Assembly: GCF_009834535.1 (NCBI RefSeq)
Contig: NC_045696.1
Span: 98,396,001-98,460,000, forward strand
DNA: 64,000 bases
Origin: Camelus ferus
Lineage: Eukaryota
Direction: 5' to 3'
Shown here: positions 36,299 to 48,491 of the stretch, piece after piece
Layout: every line of letters begins with the position of its first letter
Numbering within the stretch: the first letter of the stretch is position 1
Notes under the pieces: model-generated
Told to the model about the DNA's origin: nothing
What the model saw: only the letters and a program-made list of their open reading frames with translations
Databases searched by the model: none
Program-made: the position numbers and the translations under genes

Positions 36299-39200
36299 AG
36301 AATGAAGTGATATTTGTATTCACAGCTTTTCACTTTTCTCCTCAGCTTTCCTTTTCCTCCATTCATAAATTCAGTCATGAAAACTAATACTTAAGTGCAA
36401 AGCCAAACTGGTTCTTTAAAAATGGATCAGACAGAAAATGCACAAATGACTAAGACAAATAAGCCTGGAAAAGTGGAAAGTGAATCTTAAAAATTTTAAA
36501 TCCAAGTACTCTGATTTAATTAAAAGTGGTAAGCTCCAGCCAGTGACTGAAAATTACATCAACATGTCCCCTGAGTTTTAATGAAGCAAAGAAGACCTCT
36601 AATCCCTGCAGAAAGGGCAAGTAACAGGGAATATTTTCTGAACAACATGCTCTGTCCTTGGATAACACTGTAGAAATATTGCCCCCTTGTCATGGATTCC
36701 ACATCGCTATTTTTACAGGAAATAGGATTAAAATGACTGCTGGCCAACCACATGGCTCATGTAAATTCATTTCAGCTCAAGATGACTAGTTATTACAATA
36801 AAATTTTATTCTGTATATAAGCAGAGGAAATTTCTTTTCTTCTATAATTACTTTTAGGCACTTAAGGATGGCAAATTTCAATTATAAAAGGAAGAGTTAA
36901 CCATTTCTTTTTCATTTGGAAGTATGCTATCATTTGAGTAGTATTTTACTAAATAAATGAAGATACATGTGCGCACTCTATGTGGAGACAAACAGATTCT
37001 ATGTGAAACATTTCAAAGAGTACTTTTGAGACGTGAATTATTGTGCTCACTGCATAATGTGCTGTTTTGCCACAGAGTAAGATAGTTATCTTCTCTACAG
37101 GATGCCAGTTAGGGACAATAGAAACTTTACATTGCTTTGAATTATCTGTTGAAAAATGTTTTTTTTTTTAATAATAGGTAGAAATTATCCAAATGAATAA
37201 AAATTTGTTATAAATAAGGATATAAATAATGATGTTTCAATTTCAGCACTGCTAGAGTAGAATTGTTGTTCCTGATATAATTTCCGTTGGTTTTTGCAGT
37301 TGGAAATATAGACCATGAGTATATTCCTTTAAACTGTTTAATTTTTTTTTTTTTTACTGAGTTTATTTGAAGAGCTGAAATGCAAAGAGAGTTTTAGGAT
37401 CTGGATTCTTTGAGATGTCTAACTAAGAGCAGTCAGTGAACTTTTGGGTAAATTCTAGAAAGGGCATTGAACCTGTGTCTTAACGGAAGTAGTCTGTTAT
37501 CAAATGGTTAGGCTTTTTATCAATGCTTTGCTTTCATGTGAGGTGGTTTTTCAAGCCATGTGAGGAATAGCACTGATATCTAACTGTATTTCATTACCAA
37601 ATTAGCAAATATTAAATATAAACTTTAAAGCATTTAAAGCCAATTTTCTAATGAAGCCATCCCCTATTAGGGAAAGACAAAAACAAAACACTGACACCTA
37701 ATATATTTCAAACAAAATTAGCAATTATTAAAACTTTGGGGGGATGATCAAAAGGAAAATCTAGAAATATAAGAAAAGCTTTAAGTCATAAAGAGGGAAG
37801 TAGAAACAAATTAAGGATTTAAACATAGAGAAATGCTTAAGCAGACTTTTGCATAGCTAATTGTGATGAAATAGGAAGCCATATAAATGAAGTTTATGAA
37901 AAACTTGGAAAAACATGGAACATGTTTTTTAGAACATGGAAAAAATCTATATAGAACATGGAAAAAATCTAAGTGATAAAAATAGCTAAAGTATCTATGC
38001 AATAAAAACCCATGTCCTCCCCCCAAATAATAATAAATAGGAAGGAATATCAATAAAAATTAATGCAGTAGGAGTTGTCTCTAGATGATGGAAGTATGCA
38101 TGATTGGTTTTTCAACTTTTCTGTATTTTCTAGGTTTTTTAGAATGGGAATGTGTTACTTTTATAATACAACAATCTATTAAACTTTTTAGAAAGAAAAA
38201 TCGAAATCAACAATATGTTAAAACAGCATAGAAAATTTCCAAAAATTTTTATGTTATATCGGGTATAATGTGATTTTTAAGTGATGAGCTACTGAATATA
38301 TTCAAGTGACAATGTTTATTTTCTATATTTAGATGATATCTTTTTCCCTGTTGATGGTGTCTTTTTCCCTGTTGGATGGTGAACTATTTTTTCTCTGACA
38401 GCATTTAGTATGCACTTACCAGAAATGCAGAAGTGGTTAATGGTGATCCTATCTATAAACCATCCAGTTGATCCAGAGTACACTAGAAACTTAAGAGCCC
38501 CATGATGTGAGAATTTGTTTGTCAGTTTAACTAGTGACAGTTTTTTAAGCTATGGTTTTATTTTATAAAATAGATGTTTGCTTTCATGTTCACAAAATGT
38601 TCTGGGATAGGTTTCAGATATTAGATTTCCCTTATAACTAAGAATGGCAACTCAAATTCAAAGTTAGGAAATTGTTCTCTTTTATGTTCCAAATGACACT
38701 AAAGTTCACTCTGAGTGAACATGATGATCTACTTCTATCTATAATTCTTCAAAGCTATGCTTCTTTGTTCTTTTACTGATATTTTCTATGTAAGCAGGCA
38801 GGTCCCACAGGTTGATAAATTGTCTTTAAACTTTTTGATGGGGAAATAGGAAGAACAAGAAATAGTTGTTAATGGAGGAGGGAGAAAGAAGAAAGCATTT
38901 TAGTAAGTACACTGCAATAAAAGATAAAGGATCACATTCAAATTATATGTAATTTTGAGACATTTCTTCTTAGCTTGGTGGAAAGGATGGCAGGTAAACT
39001 AAATTTTAGATTAAATAGAAGTTCAAGTGTCAATGTATTTAAGAAGGATCAACAAGATTCATTTGAACCAAATTAGGTTTGACTCTGGGATGGACTAAGA
39101 AGTATATATTGTTTTCAATAAACAAATAGTTTTGTGAGTTAACTCTGTGTGTAGCATGTTAATTACAAGTGGTAATAATGTTTAACTAAGGTCAGTATTA

Positions 39201-39715
39201 AGATGAGCTTCAAAATCATGAGAATCTAACAAAATAACCGTGGTGGAAGGAGGTAGAATAACAATTATTGAGAATTATATTCTTTGTAGAATTGTGGAGA
39301 AAGTAAATTTAGGATTGTGAATAAGAAGGCAACTAAGAGTTGAAAGGGATCTCTTTCAAGGATTATAGAAATAGTGCCGTTGACATGAGTAAAGAGCTCC
39401 CCTGGTTTCTATTTATCATGTTTAAGTCTGAACCAAGAAAATATATTGGGACATTATTTTTCTTAGTCTTTTCTTCTTTTTATCATTCATTAAATCTTAC
39501 TTACTAAGTTCTGTTTCACCCAAACGTGTCCTTAAAATACAATTTTTATATAACCTCCTCCTGGATGGGTTGGTCTAAGATCCACTTGAAAGGCTTCTTA
39601 ACTTTCCTACATTGACCACTTGAAATTTTTCAGTTTGTAATGGCATTTTGCTTGAAAGTGTGACAAAAATCATTTGAGTTTGATAAATCTTTCTTAAAAG
39701 TTAGATATGGATATA

Positions 39716-39919
39716 CAGTATCCTTGAACACCATGGGTTTGAATTGCATGGGTCTACTTATATGTGAATTTTTTTCAATAAATATGTACTACTATACTGC
39801 ATGATCTGAGGTTTGTTGAATCTGTAGATGTGGAACTGCAGCTATGGAACACTGAAGTTGCATGCGGAGTTTTGACTGCTTGGAGTGCCCCAACACCCTC
39901 ATTGTTCAAGAGTTAACTG
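39716..39919. mobile_element. TcMar-Tigger MITE (Tigger2/MER8-like)
   Basis: Terminal inverted repeats CAGTATCCTTGAACA...TGTTCAAGAGTTAACTG with TA on both sides. Confidence 0.85.
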
Positions 39920-40079
39920 TAGTTGCATGTTATTCATTTGTATTTTAGTGTCAATTCATTAAATCAGATAATATCCAATTTTTAAGAACTTTTAGAATGG
40001 AATTTAATAAGCATACAGCAAAGTGCAGAGATCTTAAATGTATAGTTTGTTAATCTTTTTCAATGTGTATAGGTGAATT

Positions 40080-40420
40080 TTAAGGCTATATATTTCCTTC
40101 TAAGCACTGCTTTGGCTGCTTTCCACACATCTTAATTTATTGTATTTTTATTATTCATTTCAAAGTTGCCAATACAACTTATTTTTTGATTCAAGATTAA
40201 ACGTGTGTCACTCAATTTTCAAACATTTAGAGAACATTTTAGTTATCTTTTTCTTGTTAATTTCTAGTTTAATTCTGCTGTAGCCAGGGAAATGCCCTGT
40301 ATAATTTCAATCTTTTGAAATTTGTTGGAAGTTTCAACAAAATTTGCTTTATGGCCCAGAAAGTTATTTATTTTAATGAATATTCTATGTGCATTGAAAA
40401 GAATGTGTTTTTTCCAGTTT
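40080..40420 (-). mobile_element. Old LINE-1 ORF2 endonuclease-region fragment
   Basis: TAAGGCTATATATTTCCTTCTAAGCACTGCTTTGGCTG and TATGTGCATTGAAAAGAATGTG parallel the young L1 at 34450-34790. Confidence 0.75.
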
Positions 40421-40955
40421 TGAAAAGCATGTTACTAAAACATATATTCCTACTGACTTCTTTCCCTCTTTGTGACAATTATTTTGTGTGTTATTTTTAT
40501 TTACAATATTAATTTCAAGTGTAAGACATAGTAGATTCAATATTTTTATAGATTATACTCCATTTAAATTTATTACAAAACAATCGCTATATTTTCCTGT
40601 CCAGTACAATATATCCTTATTGCTATGATAACAATTTTGTAAATCATTTCCATTGAAATAATGTAAAGATAAGTTAATGTTTCCTTTAACATGGTTAATT
40701 TATAAACCTCTTCACTTAGCAGTACAGAGATTTTAAATATTTATATTTAAAATTTATTTAAACTTGTATTTAATATAAATATTTATATTTAAAATTTAAA
40801 TATTTATATGTAAAAACAAAACACACCTGACCAGGGATAAACAGATCAATATTTAATTACATCGATATCTACATCTTTAAACATGTTTTTAGCCTATTTA
40901 GAATGTACATCTCTGGTTATGCAAATTATTTTTTTATTAAATACAAAGAGTCAAA

Positions 40956-41456
40956 TGTGCTGTTGGAACCCTGCTCTTACCCCCTTTGCATCTTAGTATT
41001 TTAGTATATTACAGCCTAACTTCTAACTGCCTGTTGGCTTTCCTTGGCTTCTGGAGACTCCTATGTTCACTTGCAAATCAAGCCAAAAGGCCTTGGATTT
41101 AGTGACTCCCAGAAATACCCCTTAACTGATGATTGATGGGAATTGTTATATAAATACCACTGTTTTCTTGCCCACTGCTGAGATAACTCAGAGCCCGTTG
41201 CTCCCCATTGGATTTCAGTCTTCTACTGTGATTAAGCTCTAGTGGTTTCCTTAGTGTTAACTAGCTTGGTAACAAACACTACTTTTTGCCCTTTCTTCAC
41301 TGTCTTAGTTCCCTTGTCCCTGCTAGTGGTTTCCTGGGGTCAACTCCAAAATAAACTACTTGCACTACCTTGTTAAGGAATCTGCTTATGGCAGAATTTA
41401 CTAAGCTACTTAACTAAGATATTTACTAAGATATTTATGGCAAAAAAACTAAGATA
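40956..41456 (+). mobile_element. ERVL LTR, LTR16-like (5' LTR of a decayed provirus)
   Basis: TATAAATACC, TTTCCTGGGGTCAACTCCAAAATAAACTACTTGCAC and end ...AAACTAAGATA typical of LTR16; followed directly by internal sequence. Confidence 0.75.
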
Positions 41457-44300
41457 TTTTGTTACAGAAGTGGATCAAGGAAGCAGATTCTTAAGATAGG
41501 AATTTGGAATTAAATATTTAGCAGCCACATGGCAAAAAGGAACCCATTGTTGGTGATAAAGGATGATGTTAAACCCTGGCTTGTTAAAACAGCATAATTA
41601 TTAAATAATTGTGACAAAATACTAAGTCTCTCATCTATAGTGAATTAAGATGGGGTACAAGAGAAAGAAAGTTCATTGGTTGTGCAATATCTTTAGCATT
41701 TGAGTGATTTGGGGCAATGTGATTAGGGACTGTGGTGTTAATTGTTGTTAAATGCCATCACTGTTTTGAAGGAAGAAAATGACAAGTTCAAATCAGTCAG
41801 TTAACTCAGGGCATGGTATCTCCTGTAGTTGATAAGCAGACTGTGCTTAAGATTAGTGATTATGACAGTGACAAAGTTACAAATTAAGGTGAATTCCAAA
41901 CCCATCAACTGCCTATGTAAGGTAGAACTGAGGCCATGTGACCTGAGATAGGTTTGTTGCTGGATGAGCTTGAAGTGGACCCTGTAGCTTAGTGAAAAAG
42001 GCTCTCGCACCCAGAGAAATTCCTCTTGCTAGAGGATAACAGCTTTCCCTTGCCTCAAAACCATGTATAGCCCATGCCTGAGGTGGATATACTGCAAGCG
42101 ATGCTGTAAACAGCCAGTAAGAAACTGAGAGTGGCCAATAACCATGTGAGTGAAATTAGCAGTGGATCCTTTGGTCCAAGTTGAGCCCCCAGATTTCTGA
42201 ATTTCTGGCCAATGTCTTATCCAACATCGTAAGACACACTGAACCAGAAGTTCCCATCTAAGCTACTCCCAGACTCTTGACCCACAGTGACTCTGAGATA
42301 ATAAATATTTGTTAGTTTGTGGGTAATTTGTTACACAGCAGTAGACAACTAATGTAGTGGGTGAGCAAAATGCTGCAGTGGAAATATCATGATCCATTGC
42401 CCAACTTCCAGATGTGAGCCAGTTCTCTGGCCCAGGGCCCATCATTTGAAGGGAAGGTCAGTTAGCCATGTAAGACACAGCAGGGCTTCCAGTTCTTCTG
42501 TAAAGATATTTACGGACATTTACCAGAGGAACTATACATTGGGGGAAGGGAAATACCTAGATTTTTAAAGAGCTGTTGAATACAGGGTCTGAACTGACAC
42601 CAGTGGATCCAAAATTATCTCATGGCAATCCTGGTAGAATAAGGAAGTAGGAAGGCCCAGTAATAAAGACCCAAGTCTGTTTCATAATGCACCCAATATG
42701 GCCCTATGGCCTTATACTGTGTTCATTTCCTCATTATCTAAGTGCCTAATTGAGATAGATATACTTAGCACCTGGGGAAAAAAAAACAAAACCAAACCTC
42801 TAGTGTTGTATTCCTGACTTGTGGAGTAAGAACCGTAATAATAGGAAAGGCCAGCTGGAAGTCCCTGAAAGCGACGTTAGGATTAAGCAATCCTAAACTC
42901 ATGCTGAGTAGAATGGCAGGTACTACTGCCAGCCTCAGTGACTTCAAGGATACAGTGATGGTGATCCCAACCGCTGCTTAATGGACCTGCACACTTCCTG
43001 AAAAAACCAGACTCAATTAGCTTGTGGCAGGTGATAGCAGACTATTGTAAACGTAACCTAGTGGTAGCCTCACTTGTAGCTGCTGAGTTGAGCATAGTTC
43101 TTTACTAGACAAATCAACGCAAACTCTGTCACTGGGCATGTACCTATTCATCCTCTAAACACATGCTATCAGTCCCCATGAGAAACTCCTGTTTCAGAAG
43201 CAGTTCACATTCATAGTCCATGGACAGCAGTACCTATTTACCATCTTGCCTCTGGGCTGTGTTAATTCTCCTGCTCTCCATCATAGTAGAGTTTGAAGGG
43301 ATGATCATCTGGACATTCCACAGAAATCATACTGTCCAGTATACTGCTGACATCAGATTAATCAGATCTGATAACCAGGAACTTGTAAGTTACCTGGATG
43401 GGTGTTAGAGTATGGGAGAAAATCCAGTAGAGTCAAGGGCCTAACAATCTGAGTAAGGTTTTAGGGATCAAGTGATCTGGGTCATGCTGAGACATATCTT
43501 CCAAGGTAAAGGATAAGTTAAACTTTGGACCTCCTATCACTAAGAAAGAAATATAGTATTTAGTAGGTCCCTTTAGATTTTGAAGAGAACACATACCACT
43601 TCATTCTGCTCCAACTGTCTGAGTGACTAAGAAGACTGCTATTTTTGAGTGAATTCCAGAACAAAAGAGGGTTATGGTGGGTTTAGGCTGCCTTGCTGCT
43701 TGGATCATATGCCCTGGCATATGCCATGCTGTGGAGTAGATAAGGATGTTACATGGAGTCTCTTTAAACCCCAGTGCAAGAGTCATGCATCCCTTTTCCA
43801 GACTTTTGACCACTATCCTGGCCATTCATCAGTGCCATGAGTCCATGGATATCCCTAACTCAACCACTTCTCTCTTTGCATAAATACTAGTTGTATTGCT
43901 GATATCCATAGTATGCAATGATGCTATGTGGAATTTCCTCCAGCTTCAAGAGAAGAGTCATGGCCCTCACTTCTTGGGTTCTGGGTTCAAGACCCTGCCG
44001 TCTGCAGCACAGAAATATTTACAGCTGAAAAATAACTTCTAGAATGTCACTGTTCCCTGACCGTAGGACAGGAAGCTCCTGATCATAAGACACCACATAG
44101 CTATGCAGCCAGAGATGCCCATCACAAGATAAAAATGTTTTTATCCACCAAGTCATACACTCACGCAGCAACAGCAACAACTCATTGTGTGATAGAAGTG
44201 ACATGTTCACAATGAGGCTCAAAAAAGTCTGAAGGGCATAAGTAATTGACACAAACAGGGGACTAGGTCCCCATATCATGTCTTTATTGATGCAACCCTT
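41457..44300 (+). mobile_element. ERVL internal region (ERV3-16A3-like), decayed gag/pol
   Basis: RT remnants QKQFTFIVHGQQYLFTILPLGCVNSPALHH (43195-43284) and VQYTADIRLI (degenerate YIDD). Many stops and frameshifts; no 3' LTR seen. Confidence 0.85.
42105..42356 (+). mobile_element. MaLR LTR 3' half (MLT1F-like) nested in the ERVL
   Basis: AACCATGTGAGTGA...TTGACCCACAG...GAGATAATAAAT...GGGTAATTTGTTACACAGCAGTAGACAACTAATGTA. Confidence 0.75.
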
Positions 44301-44534
44301 ATCACTTTTCCCTTGACCCAAAGACCAAATACATATTTCTCATTATAAATCATAAAAGCACGTACTCTCTTCTCATTCCTTCTTTTGCAAGAGTTTTGCA
44401 GTTTCCAAGAGCCACAGTGGCCGGGGTGATAACTTGAAGCAATGGAAAGATCAGCACTCCATTCCTTTGAACTGCCGGGATAGACAGGGCTGCTTGCCTC
44501 TATTTTCAGTGGTCTTAGACCATTAGGCATTCTA

Positions 44535-44720
44535 TAACTAACACTTAACTGAGTTTTCAGTATGCTCTGGGCACTGTTCCAAGTGCTTTACATATATCAG
44601 TTCATTTACTCTTCAGCAATCCTATGACTTAATGTGAGGTATCTGTGGGGTAAAATGAGGATTCTGAGGCCCAGAGAGATGATTAGTCCATGGCCAAAGT
44701 CCCAGAGTTCAGAAGTGGCG
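44535..44720 (-). mobile_element. MIR SINE
   Basis: GGCACTGTTCCAAGTGCTTTACATAT...ATGAGGATTCTGAGGCCCAGAGAG. Confidence 0.7.
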
Positions 44721-45451
44721 AAACTTTTTGAAATCTTCTCAGTTTCTGTTTCCTCCCTCAGTGTCAAGCCCTTTGCTACCCCCACCCCCCCCCGCCCCTA
44801 CTTGTTGATGCTGAACCCGTGATCATACCTCTCATCTTCCCTTTTCCTGCTCTTTTATAGTTACCTCTTCTAATGCACTGAGTGTGATGGACTGGGTGAC
44901 TCATTTCTATATACGAGTAAATACGTGATCAGCACGGGGTCACTTAACATCTGTTTAGGTTCTTCAAACTCTTTCTCAGATGGTTTCTTATAGCTGAAGT
45001 TACTGAATTAAGTGGCTCGTGGAAGAGTGATGGTTGAATATGTTTCCAGAGTGAAGTTTCATTTGAATCATAACCCCTGTTGGATGATGTTGCCTGTTCC
45101 TCTTTCTGTTTTCATATTTTTCCCCATGATAAAGCTAGTTCAATTCTTTCAAATTTGCAAGAATTATATTATCAATTTGAATCAAATGTTTTGGGCACAT
45201 GTAGATAAATCCATATTTAAATATATTTATTATTGCTTTGAGCTCCAAAAATTAGGGTAAATGGAATATAGATGTATTTAGTGAAAAAGCAGAATTTGAA
45301 ACTGTAAACCAAATTACTGTTAATAGAGGCTTAGTTGTTAAAAACAGTGAATGTTTTAGAGGTATTTATTTGAAGAAATTAACCAGAATTTTAAATAATG
45401 TATTATATTTTAAATACAAAACACTACTTTGCATGTGGCTTTGTAACAACC

Positions 45452-45516
45452 AAAAAAAAAAAAAAAAAAAAAGAAAGAAAGAAAGAAAGAAAGAAAAGAA
45501 AAGAAAAGAAAAGAAA
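45452..45516. repeat. Compound A/(GAAA)n/(GAAAA)n microsatellite
   Basis: Direct reading. Confidence 0.95.
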
Positions 45517-48369
45517 TTTTAAAGAGATAAATAACTGATTGCTTGAGCCAGATCTTTTTTCATTGAAGAAAGAATGACTTCTAGGTGTACTTGTCAGTTG
45601 AACGCCATGTAATTATGGGAATATGCTTTCCTCTTGTAGTCACAGCTTTTCTACTTCTTTCTTTACTTCTCAAAATGCTGACATATTTCACCTATTTGCT
45701 CTTTGATGTATAATGCCGTGAACATTTGTCAGCTGACTGAATGTTTACTTTCGTTAGGTGTAATATAATTAAGGTGATACATTGAGAAAGACACTGTTTA
45801 GAAGGGAATATATTAAACGTTTAATGTGTTTAGCTGGATAATGACATCATTAACTTCACATTTATGCAGTCTTCCTTATTCCTCCTGAAGAGAGTCAGTA
45901 GCTTGAGACTTGGCCCAATAGCTACTAACAAGCAAGTTTCCTGCAAGGATAAAAGATACAAATAAAACATCTTGTTTTCCATTAAGTTACATTCAGATAT
46001 CCATGTACTGTACCCTGTAATTAAGTCAAATACCAATTTTAATCACTGCATCCTTAGTACATAATTTCTGTAATGCAATTGCATCAGTATAATGTTGAGG
46101 AGGTAAAATACCCTAGTTAAATGGAATTTTAACTGCTGGAAATTGAGACACGGAGAAAATCACCATACCTACACTCAAGCAGTTAAGCTGAGAGATTTAT
46201 GTTTGGGAAAGTGAGGGTGGAGAGACTGGTTTAATTTGCATATTTAGCAAATATGTTGTAAGGCCAGTTTATAATGTCCTTATTAGTCTATGCCTATGGT
46301 TTTGAAATAAGCCTTCTGACTGTGACTTGATTTAGAGAGTTGATGAAGAAATTCTTTAAAGATAGGACTCCCACTTTATTGGCTAAAAAATTGAGCCTGA
46401 AATTAAGTTTGAATGCTGTTATTCCAGAGGATAGCAGAGGTTAATTTTGGTGGGAAAAAAAAGTATCTTCTCTTTACTAGCTTTCCAAGAAAGGAGTTTG
46501 ACTGTGCATGCAGAAACTTTATTATTCAAACCACAACTTGCAGCTCTTCAATTAGAAGCAATTTCAAATGTCAGATTTAAAGTCTATACAACATCTCACA
46601 TAACCATGGCAATTGCCTTGTACATCACTTGGCAGTAGCTTAACTCTGTTTAAGTCTAGAGGAAAATATTTTGAGTAGAAATAGAAACTGCTAAATAACT
46701 ACTAGTGTCACCGTATTTTCCTTATGTTGACACATCAACATATTAGGAAAAAAAAAAATCTGGTCATATCCTGACTGTTGCTAGGCTTAAAGACACTTGC
46801 TCCTTTCCTCAATGGGCTGGCTCAACATTCACACTGGCATGGTTCCAAGAAATGGAAATCATCTCTGAGATGTCATGTAACTGATGGTTCCAGAGCCTTG
46901 ATGGAAATTTAACAATTAAAAAAAAAAAGTTTTGAAAACCCATGAATAATTCATCTGACAATTTAGCACAAAATGTTCAGCTGAAATACCCCAGCATTCT
47001 AAGGACAAGTATGTGCTAAAGCTACTCCTTTTCCTTCTGGGGGAAGAAAAATAGTTTGCTGGGCACGTCTTTCTTGTTGATGGTGGGGATCCTTTCAGAA
47101 TCCAACTTTGAAACTCCCATTTACATTAGGTTCATGCTCATAGTTTTTGAATTATTGATTACTTGCCGGCCAAGCCATCCCAATCTATGTCATAGATGCA
47201 TAATTTATTGTGATATTTAAAAGCATGTGTATCTGAAAGGCTTCCAGAACTTTAATCTGTTGCCTAATGACAACACATTTTAAGCTTTCTTATGTTTTCA
47301 AAGTCTTGGCAAAAAGAGCTTTCTGGTGCTGTGGCCTCACGTGACAGCTCAGTATCTTTTAATGTTCCTTTTCTCTCTTTGAATGTGTATACTTTTCCTT
47401 TCCTTTCTGATTTGGTTCTTTTTTTTTTTCTTTTCCCAGAGTCCTTTACAAGACTCATTCTTTCTTTGGTCTTCTTTGTATTTTTTTTTTAAGACTCTGT
47501 TTCACAGGCCCCTCCATGGTGCCTCACGTATTTTCTTTGTATCTTTCTTCTTTATGTTCTTCTTTTGTGCACCCTGCCTTCTTGGATTTCTGCTGCTTGA
47601 GAAAACCTTTTCAGCCATTTATTTCCTATTTATTGTCTTACTTTGTAGTGAGAGCCTGGTTAATTTATTACTGGTCTGAATTTGGTCTCAGATGCTTCTA
47701 ATATCTGCTGCCCCACAGTGAAGGAAAGGGGTAGTTAATGACATACTTCCTTTAACTGCTCTTGTTGGAATGATAAAGTTGAGTGGGGTGATTTCAGAGC
47801 CCGGGGTGATTCAAGCCTTCCTCTTCCCCAGAGGTCAAGTCAGCCAACACCACACGCATGGAGGCCCCCACCTTCCCACTTCCTGCTCTTAACCCTGACA
47901 ATGGCAACTCTACACTTGGTTGCAAACTGACAGAAAACTCCAACCCAGCAGAGGCTCAGAGAAAAAGGGGCCAAAAATTGCTGGTGAGATGGAAGGAGAT
48001 ATGTAAGCTTCTTCAAGCCATGAAGGGCAGACACAAACTTAAAGGAAAACTGTGGGAAAAAGAACATCCAGCCTTTCCATTTTAAACGCCTTTTTAATTT
48101 TTATTTCAATTGTTTTGAACCTTTCTTCGAAGGCAAGGCTTGAGTAATCTGTTTTAGAATGTAATCTTTTTTAGCTTTTTGGTCCCCAGATTATGTAAAT
48201 TTATCATGAAGAGTTATTGTTTTACGTGTGCAACACAAATCAGAACCCGAGTTTAACTTTCCCCACTGTTTTCAAGGAACGTGAATGCTGGCTAGAATGA
48301 GTCTCATGAAAGGACAGTATTCACAGAGATATATGTGATGGCAAATTTAGGCCTTTATGCATAATTTTT

Positions 48370-48491
48370 TGGGGAGGGGAGGTAATTAGGTTTATTTATT
48401 CATTTATTTATTTAATGGAGGTACAGGAGATCGAACCCAGGACCTGTGTGTGCTAAGCATGCATTCTACCTATTGAGCTACACCCTCCCCC
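48370..48491 (-). mobile_element. Camelid tRNA-derived SINE (vic-1-type)
   Basis: Minus strand GGGGGAGGGTGTAGCTCAATAGGTAGAATGCATGCTTAGCAC...GTCCTGGGTTCGATCTCC (Pol III A/B boxes), (TAAA)n and CCTAATTACCTCCCC tail; 12-bp TSD TGCATAATTTTT at 48358-48369 / 48492-48503. Confidence 0.9.

Noticed and set aside
41395..41460. Three ACTAAGATATTT repeats resembling a repeat-spacer array
   Set aside because: Local slippage at the LTR16 3' end; short, irregular, eukaryotic context, not CRISPR.
47264..47680. Lys-rich minus ORF ending ...KLKMCCH
   Set aside because: Low-complexity T-rich tract, upstream frames closed, no recognisable homolog.
48420..48491. tRNA-like sequence
   Set aside because: It is the head of the SINE (AT-rich tail and TSD), not a tRNA gene.
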